Shown here: piece by piece, positions 1-13,068 of the stretch | Layout: each line of letters starts with the position of its first letter | How positions within the stretch are numbered: the first letter of the stretch is position 1 | Assembly (NCBI RefSeq): GCF_009834535.1 | Contig: NC_045697.1 | Span: 12,712,001-12,776,000, forward strand | Reading direction: 5' to 3' | From: Camelus ferus | Lineage: Eukaryota | DNA length: 64,000 nt | Translations under genes and position numbers: made by a program | The notes under the pieces: generated by a model | The model's database searches: none | Seen by the model: only the letters and a program-made list of their open reading frames with translations | What the model was told of the DNA's origin: nothing

Positions 1-444
1 TTTTAGTGCTTTTAGGAATAGAAAGAACCTGTAGTCCAGTCCTCTGACCGAAGCGTGTAGTCCACACTTCCCATCATTTCTGGAGGACTATTATCTAAAT
101 GTTTCTGCTTCAAACCTATGGCAATAAAGAATATGCAGCCTCACACAGGACATTCATATTTTACCACCTCTTAACATTTTCAGGCAATTCCAATTGCTAG
201 CCATGGTCTTCCATACACAGTTTCAAATTCTACTTCTCTAAAACTTATATGATTAGGGGATTACCCCTGGCTGCCAGATGTACTTCATTCCTAGGAATTC
301 ATAAGAACACTCAATACATACTCTTAAATGAATACTATTAAAATCATAAAAATTCATCTTTATACATGTCATCCTACCTAATCAAGTGATGCAGTATTTT
401 GCATGGTTGTTTTTAATGCTACAGGCTTGATAATGGTTTATAAT

Positions 445-830
445 ATAAGGCTGCATAGTAGGTAAGAGTTTGAGTATAGAGTAGAGGGTCTTAGATCAAA
501 ATCTCTGGTACTTACACTGGTTCCTTGACCTGGAAATTATTTAACTTCCATCAAGATAGCTGATTGACATGTACCAGAGGAGTGGTATTTAAGAGCGACG
601 AGAGTGTGGTGGTTGAGAGCATGGACTCTGAAACCAGGCTGCCTGAGGTCATGTCCACACTCCATTGCTCACTAGTTACACGTCCTGGACAAGCCACGTA
701 ATCTCACTAAGCCTCATCTGTAAAGTGGGGATAATAAAAGTACCTTAAGGCATTGTGAGAATTAAAGGACATAATATATGCAAGGTTTAAACAGTGCTGG
801 TTGCACAGTAGGTATTTATTAATGATATAT
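445..830 (+). mobile_element. Two adjacent MIR SINE remnants
   Basis: MIR-like text: 'gtggttgagagcatggactctgaaaccaggctgcctg...cctcatctgtaaagtggggataataaaagtacc...ttgtgagaattaaa'; shorter copy at about 445-560. Confidence 0.8.
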
Positions 831-3800
831 AACACATACATAATCAGAGGCAGAAATAATACTCTTAAGTAATGAAGAGCATGAATAAAGGAAGTCAAAA
901 TGTCCAAGCACACCTAATAATTGTAGGGATCCCTGGGGGTAGCCTCTGTGTTTATGCCAATCTTGCAGCAAGACTTTTTTCTTTGACACATCTCAGAAAC
1001 TCTTAATCTCCCACAATAAATAAGCAAGAAATAGATTGTTTTCTTAAGATACCTTGGAGAGATGAAAGAAAGAGTTCATGACACTCCGTATGATCAAACA
1101 TCATGGGTCTCTCTTTGGACCACTCTGTAATCTTCTCCAAATCTCTCTTCTGATCCTATCTTATCTCTCTGCTCTTCCAAAAAGCTAACTCTCCACAGCT
1201 TCTCTTGGAATACTGGTTCCATCGTTCCTGACCTGGAGGACTCCAGCATCCCACCTCAACCCAGAGCCCCAGTGTGCTTCCTTTTTGTAGTCTCATACTC
1301 ACTGCTCTGCTCAGTAATGAAAGAATCTGTTTCAGGAACTCCTCTCATTGTACACAGAGGAGGCTGCTGAAATGTTCTTTCCTTTTGAAAAACAAGCCTA
1401 TGGAGGAAAGCATGATCTGGCTGGCCAAGCAATGGCAGAGGACTGACATTGGACAAGAGTGCCTGATGAAGATGATAGGACGTTATTCAGTCGGCATGAG
1501 AAACTACGGCAAAATTTGGGGTCAGGGAAATAACAGAATAAGTGCAATGTTTCTGGAGAGAACTTACTTGTGTTGGTCAAAAAAATTTGAGACTGGAATC
1601 AGGTGAACTGAGTTTCTGTGCTTTGACCTTGATAAAATTATTCTTTGTTGAAAATTTACTTCTCTGTGTTTACAGTGTAGAGAGAGATTCAAATTCAAAG
1701 GTGATCTATTCTTTCCAGATTAGAAATCTCAGTTTTTAAAGTAGCTCACCAACTGTCACAGTGTCCATTAGAACCAGAGCTGAGATTAAAAAGCGTAAGT
1801 GTCAGTCTTGAAGGGTCCAGAGAACACATTCAAGAAGGAAAGTCTTTCGTTTCTGAATCGATGTTTTCGTAACTAGCTGGAGTGATGGGGTCTTCTTCAT
1901 GATTTTTCCTTCAAAGTGTGTCAGTCAAGGTTGAATACACTGTGTTGCTCTTTTATGCAAGACTTTTCCTTTTCCTCTGGGGTCCGACCTTTGTCCCCGC
2001 TGTCTTCTCTGCAAGCCATCTTGCCTTTCTAGTTAAAGGAATAAGATAAACAAGAGCAAGGGTGGACATCTTCTCTGTGCTAAGTCCACATATACATAAA
2101 CACACCTAGGAGCTAAACAATCTGAGTTTTAGAGATTTCTAGGTTAGAATTTGGACATGTGAAGTAACTTTTCCAATTTCTGGAGAAATAGCTGAATCCA
2201 AGCCTAGGGATGCCTATTTGGGCAATTTAACTTTTTCTTAAGTATAGGGAAGTAATTACTATAAAAGTCAGGATAATAGGGGAGAGTAAAAAGAGGAAGA
2301 CGATATGATATGGATGGGGCCCATGAAAGGGATTTTTCAAATAGGGAACAAAAGACTATTTCTTGCCTTGGGTGGTTTTCTGAGTGGTAATGATAATTAA
2401 TAAGGCTATACCTTTTAGTTATGTGGTTATCTAAATTTTTGTTTTATTTTACAATAGAAAGATTGTGAAAGTTATCCAAAATTCATCATGATGTGGTGAA
2501 GGTAGGATTGGAGCCCAGTAATAATTCTACAAGGATTCAGAAGTACTGTGCTATTATTGGCAGTAAAAAGCTATAGCTAATTACTATAAACTTTGGCAAT
2601 GAAAGTTTAAGAAAAACCCATGGAAGCTTCCTAGCCTTTTCCAATGTCTACTTTTATTTCAGAGACACACATAAAAAATAATCTTTTTAAGGATGAAATT
2701 GAAGAATGAACAATAACTCCACTAACTTACACACCTTGTGCATGAATTTCTTAAAAAGCCACACACCAGAAATTGCTTTTTCCATGCCCTTTTTCTGAGC
2801 TGTTATATCTTTTTTTTTTTTTCTGAGTAAACCTGTTCAAGGACAAGTATTTCGTTTCTACACTGTATAGTGCTTGAGCAAAATTAAGAGTCAAAGTTTT
2901 TACATTCTGTTGAAATTCATGAATGCCTTGCTGTTTAAAAAACATTTTTAATATAGGACACCATTAATTACTAGGATTCTGATTGTAATTGCCTGGTCTC
3001 GGAATTGATGAACAAAGCCATTTTGGAAAGCAATCAATTTGAAATCTAATTTGTTGGCGAAATGAACCATATAAACAAAATGCCACTTGCAGTTTGTCTA
3101 AAATGAGATGTGCTTAACGAGCCCATCATCTTCTGCGATCCTCATCACTGTGGGTCGCAGCCACCTCGAATGTCATCAGTCGGACCCAGAGCAGAGAAAG
3201 CTGAAATAGAACACTGCACCGTGAGCAGAGCGAAATGTGAAGCAGATGGCTCTGCGGTCCCCGCAGGGTGACTTTTGGGGGCAGCTCTGGGGTGAAGGCA
3301 GAGTGGCTACTAAAATCAGCTAAATGCAGTAACACGTTCAGCTCTCCTGTGCAACGCACCCCCAACAGCTGGGATTGTTTAAGGTAAACCATCTCATTCA
3401 CACGTATTCAGAAAACAAAAGTGCAAGAAACTGGATTTGGAGAAAAAGATCTGAATTATTGTTTATGAAATATATACACACATACATGCACACATGTATA
3501 AAACATATATTATGTATACATAAAACATACTATACACACACACACACACAGAAACTGAAGCCATCTAATGATGTCTGTTGTAGAATCTGCTTTGTACAAA
3601 GTTTGGCACAGTTTTCACTTGTTCTTTCATTAATTAAGGAAAATTTTCACTTAAAAGTCTTAACTAATCATCTTTAATGACTTGGACTGCATGATCCTAA
3701 GACATTTTATATTCTTGAAATGGATCACAAGAGAACTATTAGCATGTATGAGTTGAAGTCTTAAATTTGTCATCTAATTATTTTAAATTTGATAGGCAGT

Positions 3801-4809
3801 GTGTATCTTGGGGTTTGTCGATGTATGTTTACTCAGTTGGCATCTATAAGCTAGGAATTACTTGATAATACAGTAATCTCAGGGCTTTGCACAACTGAAA
3901 TTACAAAACTGAAATCATAAAACTGAAATGAGTCTGAAGGGGGCTAGTCCTATCATGAGACTGCTGGAGGTAGATGGGGATTGCCGGACTGTGGGCCACC
4001 TAATTTAAGGGGGGGGGAACCCTTCTGAATCAGCAGTCCACATCTATCCAAGATCAATCAAAGGCTTAGCAGAGAGATATAATCTTTAAGTTGACAAAAA
4101 TTTATTTCCCAGTGGATCTCAATTGAGAATATTTTATTCTGTAGAAATTTACCATGAATCAACGGGGCCTTGTCACTCAATGTCATGGACTGGCGGCATC
4201 TAAATCACTTGGGACCTTATGGGTATGCAACACCTCCTGTCCCATCCCAGACTTTCAGAATGAAAATCAGCATTTTAGATCCACTTAGAAGCCATTCTAT
4301 ATGGAACTCTTCAAAGTTACTCCTACAGGGAGCTACCAAACGTCTCGGGTCATATGTAACCCTCCATTAACCAGAGCCCTGTTCTCCAGAGAATCAATTT
4401 TCTCTTCAGTCTTTTAGATTACACTGGAAATTTACTCTTTCTCCTACAGTTGCACTTAATTTCTGAGAATTAAAGATAGTCGGATGACAAAATGGATGAC
4501 AGAAATGGAACAAATTTATGTTCTCTTTGGTTAAAGGTAGACCACTTTCATTGTTTTCAGAGAAAAATAGCTTCAAGTGAAAAATGAGAAGTGAGTGTGA
4601 AATGAGGTAGTGATAATAATAATGTGATGATAAATACTCACACACATGTACACACAAATGCATACGCATGCACATACACGTGTAAACACATGGGTCCGCA
4701 CGCATATGCACACACACACAAATGTCTCACTTCGCACCTTCAGAGCTAGATCTAGAAGCATATTTTATAAGTGTTACATAAGTTATTTTTATTTTCTATC
4801 ATATTATAT

Positions 4810-5660
4810 GAGGTTTAAAATTTTTTTATGGAAAATTTCCAACAAACACAAAGTTAGAAAGAATGATATAACAAATATCCTTGTCCCCATTACTCAGATT
4901 CAACAGCTTTCAACATGTTGCCAAGCTTATATCATCTACCTCCCTCCGTTTTTGGTGCAAAACTTTTTTAAAGCAAATCCAGAATACTGCCATTACCCTC
5001 GTAAATTCTTCAGTATGCACTTCTAACTGATAAGGGCATCGGGTTTTTTTACATAACCACTGTGCAATTATCACACCTAACAAAATTAACAATAATTCAT
5101 TCATAATAAAGAATAAATAGTTCATATTCAGATTTTCTCAATTGTCTCAAAGCAACTTTAAAAAAAAAAAAACAGGATCCAAACAAGATTTACTTAAAGT
5201 ATTTTATTGTAATTGGCTGTTTTGTGTCTTAAGTTTCCTTTACTCCATAATAGAAGGTGCTCCCCTGCCCCTTGCTCAAATTTGCCTTTTCAAATTTGCC
5301 TTTTGTTGAGGAAAATGAATCTTTTTTCACCCTACAGTCTAAATTTGTCTCATTGCTTCACACTGGTGTTTAACTTGTTTTTTTCTCTCTCCTGTGTTTC
5401 CTGTTTAGTCAATAAATTAGTTTCCAATTAATAGAAAATCTTTTCTTTAAACATTTTTATTAGCGATCTTTAGTTACACTTATTCACAGTCAGCATATAC
5501 ATTTTTGTGTGAGTATTACTGTCCTTTCTCTTGGGTGGATGTCTAGGAGTGCAATCACTGGATTGTACACGAGGTATATATTTCACTTTGTAAGAAACAG
5601 ACAAATTATTTTCCAAAGTGGCTGTACCATTTTGGATTCTCATCAACAGAGGGTGAAAGT
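4810..5660 (-). mobile_element. Old L1M (L1MB/MC-like) 3' fragments
   Basis: Antisense L1 3' text such as 'ttttccaaagtggctgtaccattttggattctcatcaacag' and 'cataaccactgtgcaattatcacacctaacaaaattaacaataattc'. Confidence 0.7.
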
Positions 5661-6545
5661 CAGCTTTACGTTTAAGGAAGCTCAGTCTGGCTGTTGTGTA
5701 GAGAATGGAGTGGCTGGGGTGGGCAAGATGGGTGGGAGATGATTATAGTTTAGAAGACAGGTCTTGGTGACTTAGAATAGGACAATGTGGTAAGTTCAGG
5801 GACTTAGTGCTTGATCAAGGAAGAGACAAGACCATAATAGGCAGACATATATACAAGCTTTCTTTGGGCAGTGCTTGGATAGAATCCCTCTTAGCAAGGA
5901 ACCTTCTGGAGGCAGCATGGGACCACCTCCCAGAGGGCAGACAACAGGGGCGCTCAGGAGGAAGGAGGGGAAATCGCATGTCTAGGTGATCTTACTCTGC
6001 AGCAAGGTGGGGAGTTCCTGGTTTGGAGAGCTCCAAAGGGCAGCAGCAATTTGGGGGCTTTTATAGTACAGGGTTTGTTGTATTTACGGTTTTTGGATGT
6101 TGAGTGTAGTTTAATGGGGTATGAAGTACGTAGGATCTTAAGAGCTAAAAATATAGATTTTAGGGGGTTATATTTAAAATAATTGGATGTGTAAGAATTT
6201 GAGTTTGGCACTGGCAGTCTTTGGGCTAATGGTGCTGACCTGCTGTGAAGCAGGAAACAACCTGGAACATTTTAGGCTAATATACAGGGGCATCTCTGGC
6301 CTGTTGATACAATGGATGGTATCAGTAGTGATGGACAGGTAGCATCAGCAGGATTTACTGGGGGTGTGAACACATAAATGAGAGGAAGAGGAAAAGTAAG
6401 GATGTCGGTCAGGTTTTTGGCTTAGGCAGCTGGGTTGCCTGAGCTATTTTCTATTTTCTGAGATGGGAAATATGACTGGAGGGGTATGTGTGTGTGCAAT
6501 AAAGAGCTCAGTTTTAGATGTGTTAAGTTTATGATGAAGTGTTTA
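5655..6545 (-). mobile_element. L2 remnant split by an LTR insertion
   Basis: L2-like text at about 5655-5785 ('ctcagtctggctgttgtgtagagaatgga') resumes at about 6315-6545 ('aggtttttggcttaggcagctggg...ctcagttttagatgtgttaagttt'). Confidence 0.6.
5786..6315 (-). mobile_element. Solo LTR, probably ERVL class (MER54/MER73/MER74-like)
   Basis: Begins TGTGG; antisense TATA ('ggcttttatag') and a decayed antisense poly(A) signal; interrupts an L2; family from recalled consensus only. Confidence 0.5.
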
Positions 6546-6859
6546 AAAGCACCCCTGAATCATTACCTATCCCAATCTCCCTAATCAGTAGAAGGGAACA
6601 GTGAACACAGGCTGACCAACCTTACCCCCAAGCCAGCTCTGACAAACATGCTGTGTCCAAACATCTAACCTTGCAGTGATGTCTACTGGAGGGAAGATGA
6701 GGCCCAGGGGTTGTTTACACAAATGTATTTACACTCAAAACACAACGTCAATAGGAGAAATAAGAGGCATGAGCAGTGCCCTGGAAGGTCTCAAGTGAGG
6801 TGGCTTGGCTCTGCACGTTCAGATTAAATCGAAAACACTACCTCTAAGTTCTGTACAAG

Positions 6860-8055
6860 GTAAGACAAGAAAAGAAAATAAAAGATATACAGATCAGGAA
6901 TAAAGAGAAACATTTACACAGATGACATGATTGTCTCTAATGAATCTCAAAGAATCTAGCAAAGACTATTGAAGAACAAATCGGTGAGTTTAGTCATGCT
7001 ATAGAATGGAAGGTAAGTGCACAAAACTAAGTTGTATTTCTATTTGCTAGCCTTGAACAACTGGACTGAAATAAAAACAGTGTCCTATGCAATAATACCT
7101 GAAAACATGAAATACTTAGGGATAAATTTGACAAAAGTTTGAAAGCTGGAAACTACCAGACACTGTTGAGAGAAATAAAAGGAGACCCAGCTAAAAACAG
7201 AAACAAAATCTGACAATAGCAAGTGAAGTCGAAGATTCAGAGTAACTGGAGCTCACACTCTGTTGATGAGAATACTAAATGGTATAGTCACTTTCCAATC
7301 AAAACATTTCAAAAATTAACACAATTAGAGGCCTTTTCATATAAATTAAAAATGATAAGAATTCATCACCAGCAAACCTACTCTGTGAGGAAATTATTCA
7401 GTCTGAAGGGAAATGGTGCCAGATAAAAACTTGAATCCACAGGCAGGAATGAAGAGCACCAGGATCATAAATATTTAGGCAACAATGAAAATGCGTATTT
7501 ATTTTTGTCTCTCAATTTCTTTAAAAGGAATATTGACTGTTTAACAAAAAAATAATAACACTTTATTGGGTTTGTGATATGTGTAAAAGTAGAAAATACA
7601 GCGATAGCAGTATAAATGAAAGAGTGGTTAAATGGAATTATAGTGTTGTAATATTAGACTGCTTAACACAAGTAGCATAATATTAGTTCTGAGTAGGTTG
7701 TGATAATTTATAGTTGCATGCTATAGTCCCTAGAGAAACCACTAAAACTAATACAAAGTATAGCAAAAAATTAAAAATAAAGCGTAAAAAAAAAAAAAAA
7801 AAGAAATGCTAAGAAAGATCCAATCCTGACTGTGTGAATACTTAAAGGTGTGAGCACCTAATAACAGAGCTTCAAAGTAGATGAAGCCAACAGTGATGGA
7901 ACTAAAGGGAGAAAAGATAAAAATCCACAATCACCACTGGAAATTTTGATAACTATTTTTCATAAATTGATAGAACAAGTAGGAAAACATTAGGAATTAT
8001 AAAGAAGTTTGGAACAACACTACTCACCAACCTATACCTAGCTGGCATTTACAGG
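6860..8055 (+). mobile_element. Old L1M ORF1/ORF2 fragments (RT and endonuclease remnants, rearranged)
   Basis: 'tttacacagatgacatgattgtc' (about 6913-6935) is a decayed FADDMIV RT motif; 'gcacctaataacagagcttcaaag...ggaaattttgataac' resembles the endonuclease APNNRASK...GDFN region; many stops. Confidence 0.8.
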
Positions 8056-8139
8056 GTTTTTTGTTTTTGTTTTCTGACTGCCAAAACCATAATTGAGGTG
8101 GTTAAGAGAATTTTAGACTTACATATATTTCCTCTCAAC

Positions 8140-9100
8140 ATCTCCATTATTGTCATTGAGAATTCTTGTATTTAATTTCTTTTCCTCTAATAGACAATCA
8201 GTTTTTTCTTTGCTTTAAAAATCATTTCTTTGTTAATGAAATCATGTAAATTTATCAAGTGTTTACGAGATTTCTATTATTTTACCTACTGGATTTTCTT
8301 TTTGTGAATCTCTTTTTGAATTTTTATATCATTATCAATTCTTAAAATTTATCCACTATGATCCCTTTTAATATTGCTTCCTTTTATTCTTTCTAGTCTC
8401 TTCTTCTGGAATTCCAAGTCAAAGCATGTTAGTTTTGTAAACATCCTTTCCTCCATATTTCTTTGTCTTGTCTTCATGTATTTCCTGTCTACCTTTCCAT
8501 GATGTGTTCTGCCATTCTGTAATTTCTTTAGATGTATCTTTCATCTATTTCTTCATCTTTATCAAAGCTTTTATTTAAGCTGTATTGAGGTCTTAATCAT
8601 AGTGTTGACATTTTTCATTTTTAGAAAAATTATTTTTTAAATGATGCATAGTTATATATTTTAGTCTCTTGTTTCTTATTCATATTTTGAATTCCATCTA
8701 TTATTTAAACATTTCAAGGACAGTCAATTTATATTCCAGATTTGAGAATTACACTATTTGGAATCCTAGGGGTCTATTTTCATGACTTGTCTTCTTTTTT
8801 TTTTCACTTATGGTAACTTGTTTTCTCATGAATTGTTAAATTTTATGTTGAGAACTCAAGTTTATGTGAATTTAATCTGCAGAAATCTGTATGGGCCTAG
8901 GCTAAGGACACACTCTTTCATAGAGAATATGTGTTTCTTTCTACCCAGCAAGTTGATGTACCACTATACTTGGACTACATGAATAAATTTTTTAGTGTGG
9001 GTTTTCTAGACCAAACAGCAATGTAATTATATATGAAGGCAGAACTGTGGTTAGTAATTTTTATTCCAGTGTCTTTTTTTCCTTCCAGTATCTAAACCAA
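8140..9100 (-). mobile_element. Old L1M 5'/ORF1-region fragment
   Basis: T-rich antisense L1 text 'aatattgcttccttttattctttctagtctcttcttctggaattccaagtcaaagcatgttag'. Confidence 0.6.
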
Positions 9101-10003
9101 TATAAGCAAGTGTTATTACTTGTTATTTACTGATTTTATAGGACTTTTGCTTATGGCTTTATCTAGTTCATTGCTTAACATATTGGTTAGTAAAAGTATA
9201 GCCCATGGTTAGACACGTGACAGCTTCATTGGCCATATTTCTGGTAGCTGTGGCAACAGAGTGACTCAAGTACAGGCAACTTTGGCGGCTCCGGGATTTA
9301 TGAGTTTGAGATAGTCTGGGACTTTCTTCCCTCCCTGGCCTGCACTAACCCACAGTCTGACCTCTACTTCAGTTGAACTTAAAGACTAACAAAAGCCACA
9401 AAGGATGATGCATAAGTTTTAGAATTAAAGTAGTTAAAGATTTAAAAAAAATCCTGTTCTGGACTCTACAAGAACTTCTTAGGAATGCTCTGAAAATAAA
9501 ATAGTTTCTGGATTCTTGGAAGCATTATATCAGGTTTTACTATATTTGCACATTCATCAGCTGTGGATATAGATATAATATTTGTGAGACAAAATGAGAT
9601 GTCAAAACAAATAAAAACAAAAATTTAGAAATGAATAAAACTATAAAGGTAGGTTGTGAGATGGTTGACGAGATCACATAGACTGGGTTAATTGTTACGG
9701 TTTCTCAGGACAGGTGTATAGAAGGAGGTCAGTATTGTCTTGGAGAGAAGAAGAAATAGTTTTTGCTTGGTTTGTGAGGCCCCTAGCTAGGATATGCAGA
9801 AGGAGAGACTGCAAGGCTGGCCACAGGGCGTAATCTGGCCATCAACAGGATGGGATCAAGTCTGCGGCAATGTTCAGAGGTCTCCATTGAACGTAGGAAG
9901 AAATAGGGGAGCCACTGGGGAGCTGTAACCATTGAAGCGATATGTTAAAAATGGCAGCCAGGAGAGCAATTCTAGAAGTATTAGGCTGATCTTTTGTTTC
10001 CAG

Positions 10004-10207
10004 GATAAGGGTCTTCCTGATTCTCCTGGATCATCCACAAAGCCTTCTATTGACTTCCCACTGCTGCCGGGGCCATTGAAGACTGCGTCTGGTGAGAGAC
10101 TGAATATGAGAGGCAGTGATGACAAACACAGAGCTCTCCCTCCTGATGGGGCTGACTGTGCCAGGCTCTCAGAGGACGTAACGCGCTTGTTAAGTTCTGG
10201 TGAATAG
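10004..10207 (+). CDS. Candidate terminal coding exon (67 aa + stop) of an unidentified gene starting left of the window
   Basis: Acceptor 'gctgatcttttgtttccag|GAT'; phase-0 open frame DKGLPDSPGSSTKPSIDFPLLPGPLKTASGERLNMRGSDDKHRALPPDGADCARLSEDVTRLLSSGE to TAG; non-repetitive, GC above flanks; AATAAA at 10381. Peptide not recognised. Confidence 0.4.
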   Translation, partial: DKGLPDSPGSSTKPSIDFPLLPGPLKTASGERLNMRGSDDKHRALPPDGADCARLSEDVTRLLSSGE

Positions 10208-10299
10208 CACCAATCTCCACAGAGGATGATTTGGGTTCCCATAGAGAAGTCATCAACACAGAGTAAGAATTCAGCCAATTATGCCTCACCTCATCGGTC

Positions 10300-10390
10300 C
10301 TATTTAGATGGTAACCCCATGGGGCATGGACCATGTCTTTCCCTGTGTATTGTACAGTGTTGAGGAAACACTTGGCACTCAATAAATACC
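10300..10390 (+). mobile_element. L2 3' end carrying AATAAA
   Basis: 'ggggcatggaccatgtc...gtacagtg...ggcactcaataaatac' matches the L2 3' terminus. Confidence 0.6.
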
Positions 10391-12309
10391 AATCAAGAGC
10401 TTGTTACTTGTCTCTCTCAGCCTCCCACTGAGCTGATCTGAGGAAGGAATTCCCTTTGAAGTCCCTTGTCCCCATGCTTTTGATAAACAACATAGAGGCA
10501 CAGAGAGAGATGAGGCGTCTACACAGTCCTGGAACTGTTTTTGACATCCGTAGATGACAAATACTATCTCTGTAGCGATTTAGCTAGGGGGGAAGGGGCA
10601 TGTTTAGTGGACCATCCAGAGTTAAAAAGCTCTTCTCCTATAAACATTGTCTTACTTCTTATTTCTCACAGATTGACAATTTGTGCTTTTAAACATTTGT
10701 TAATACCACTGCCAAGTTGTCTTGCTGAGCTGAGTGGTAGAGTCCTTATACGTTTTGGTTCACTGTAGTAGTTCATAACTTTACCATGTACATAGAGAAA
10801 AGCAAAGAATAGGTGGATAAGAAATTAGAATATAAAATAAAAGATAAGCACTATTAGAATTAAAAAGGATTTTTAAAAAGGTAACCTGTGATAACTTTAA
10901 TATGCCCTGGGCAAGGAGTTACTTAGAGCATTGAATGTGTCTCTGTTGAAAAATGATTCTGTTTATTATATTGTAAAATATTACAATTTTTATATGAAGG
11001 AAAAATTATACATAAACCTTTTATTTAGGTATTGAGATTTAGGGAGAAAAAACACAGAGAATAATATGTTACAAGTGAAATAAGTTGTCTGAATTAACAT
11101 GTGCATATAATATGCATATATATTACCAAAAAATACATGATTTTCTTTACATACTGGAAAAATCTCTCAAAGTGTTGTCTTTAACTATTGAGGCCAAGAC
11201 ATCTAAAAAGACATCATAAAAGACACGACTAATGAGGTTAAATAATCCCTAGAAGATGTGGCTATGGGCTGGAATGATGGCAACCCCAACTCTTTTTTCA
11301 TATACTCGTAGTTCCAGATCTCTCTCTCCTATTCTCTCTCCCCCTCTACCTCTTTTCCTCTTTTTTTACTTCCCTTCACTCTCCCTCTTCCTTTCCCTTT
11401 TCCTTTCCTCTACAATTTAAGTATTTCAATTATTAAAAATATTTCATCTAAAACGTATGATGCTGACGGTTCAGCTTGGACTTTGATTCAGTAAAGCACT
11501 TAGTGTCTCTTATCTTGAACAAAGTACAGGATGAGATGAGGTGTGATGCAGCCAGGATTGTAAAGATATGTGCCATGCTTATTCAGATGTTTGTCTAGAG
11601 AATAAAGAAAAATAGTTACATTATGAAAGGCGTTGCAGATCCTGAAAGAGTGACAGAAATCAAGTCTTGACTCAAAGATAATAGAGATTTAGAAATTTTC
11701 TTTTTGAAAATTTCCCCATTTTTTTGTTGTTGATTTCTTAAGCTTTGTTTATCCCTAAACTAAAGCCAAAGGGTAAGGCATTAAAATTGTAATAACTAAA
11801 AAATGTAAAAGTTCACTAAATGCGCTGGGAATTTTACCACCTTTGGTCATGAGAATGAGTTCTCAGATTGAAATCATGGCATATAGTTTCTCAAATGGAG
11901 GTGGAATTAGCCATCTTCTGTGTAGGAGTGTCAGGTCACATGTAGGGTTCTGTGTTTGATATTCAAGGCCATGTGACCTCAGGAGAGTGACTGATAGGTT
12001 GCAGGGAATTTCACTGCTTCAATGTACCAGTGAAGGATGGAAGAAGCCATGAAATCTTTATCAAGGACAGAGTAGAATGAGAAAGTAGGTGTGTTGGAAA
12101 AATTGTGTTGATGTAAGTCATCTTTAGTTTTAAGCCAAATTTTTAAAACAATGTCTGGGACTGGGGCTGGGGAGGTGGTTAAGCCAGCCATCTGGGTGGT
12201 GAGCTTTTCTGCCATGGCTGCTAAGGTACAGGTGATGGTGATGAGCAGGGTGTTCAAATGTGAATGACGATCTTTAATTCAAGGCAAAAGAGCAGTTAAT
12301 GCCCCAAAT

Positions 12310-13032
12310 CAGATCCATTCATCCAGTTAGCCTTTCAGTAAATGATTCCTGAGCTGATGTACCGGATAAGGCACTGATAGCTGCTAGAAAATTTGGGTTC
12401 AAGTGAGAATGATATACTATCTGAACCTGTGGGTTTCAGTTTCTAGAAAGATGGACTTTCATCAGCCAACTACAGATTAGTACTTAATTACGTTGTAGTG
12501 AGTGCCTTTGAGAAGTATAGAGTGCTGAGAGCTTATGGCAGAGGAGGGTCTAAGCTTTCCTGATAGTGGGGTGGGGTGTTCATGAAAGTCTTCACAGAGG
12601 AGATGACACTATCCTAAGATGTGAGCATAAGGAGAACAAAGCAGAGCACAGGCAGGTGAAGGGAAGAGCACGCGTGAATAAGGACACGAGAAGAAGGTCC
12701 TAGAAAGAAGCCCCACGGCCCATTTCAGAGAGTGATGAGACACCTGTGTGACGAGGACTCAGCACGGGAAAGGGTGAGTGTCATGAGATGAGAAAGGAGA
12801 GCCTTTGTGGGCTTTGATGAGGACTTTGAGCTTTATTCTAAGAACAAGGGGATGACTTGTTAAGCTTTAAGTAGGGAATTGGTATCACAAGATTCACATT
12901 TTTCCAAGATCTTGTTGACAGTAGTGTGGAAAATGGTTTGGAAGGCTTCTAGGTCATATATGGGGAGATGTTTTAGAAAGCTATTTAGTATTCATTCAGC
13001 AAATATTTATTAGTACCATCTATATGTCAGGG

Positions 13033-13068
<36 letters not shown>

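Noticed and set aside
1274..1606. 110-aa ORF as an upstream coding exon
   Set aside because: Acceptor is weak (A-rich before AG), the other frames contain stops, and the peptide is unrecognisable
2430..2510. Apparent micro-exon (acceptor 'ttttacaatag', donor 'AAG|gtagga')
   Set aside because: The acceptor lies in what looks like an old L1 3' UTR tail, so it is probably coincidental
4620..4720. His/Thr- and Cys/Val-rich ORFs
   Set aside because: Translations of a degenerate (CA)n tract; the same applies at 3470-3550, 44425-44465 and 51640-51778
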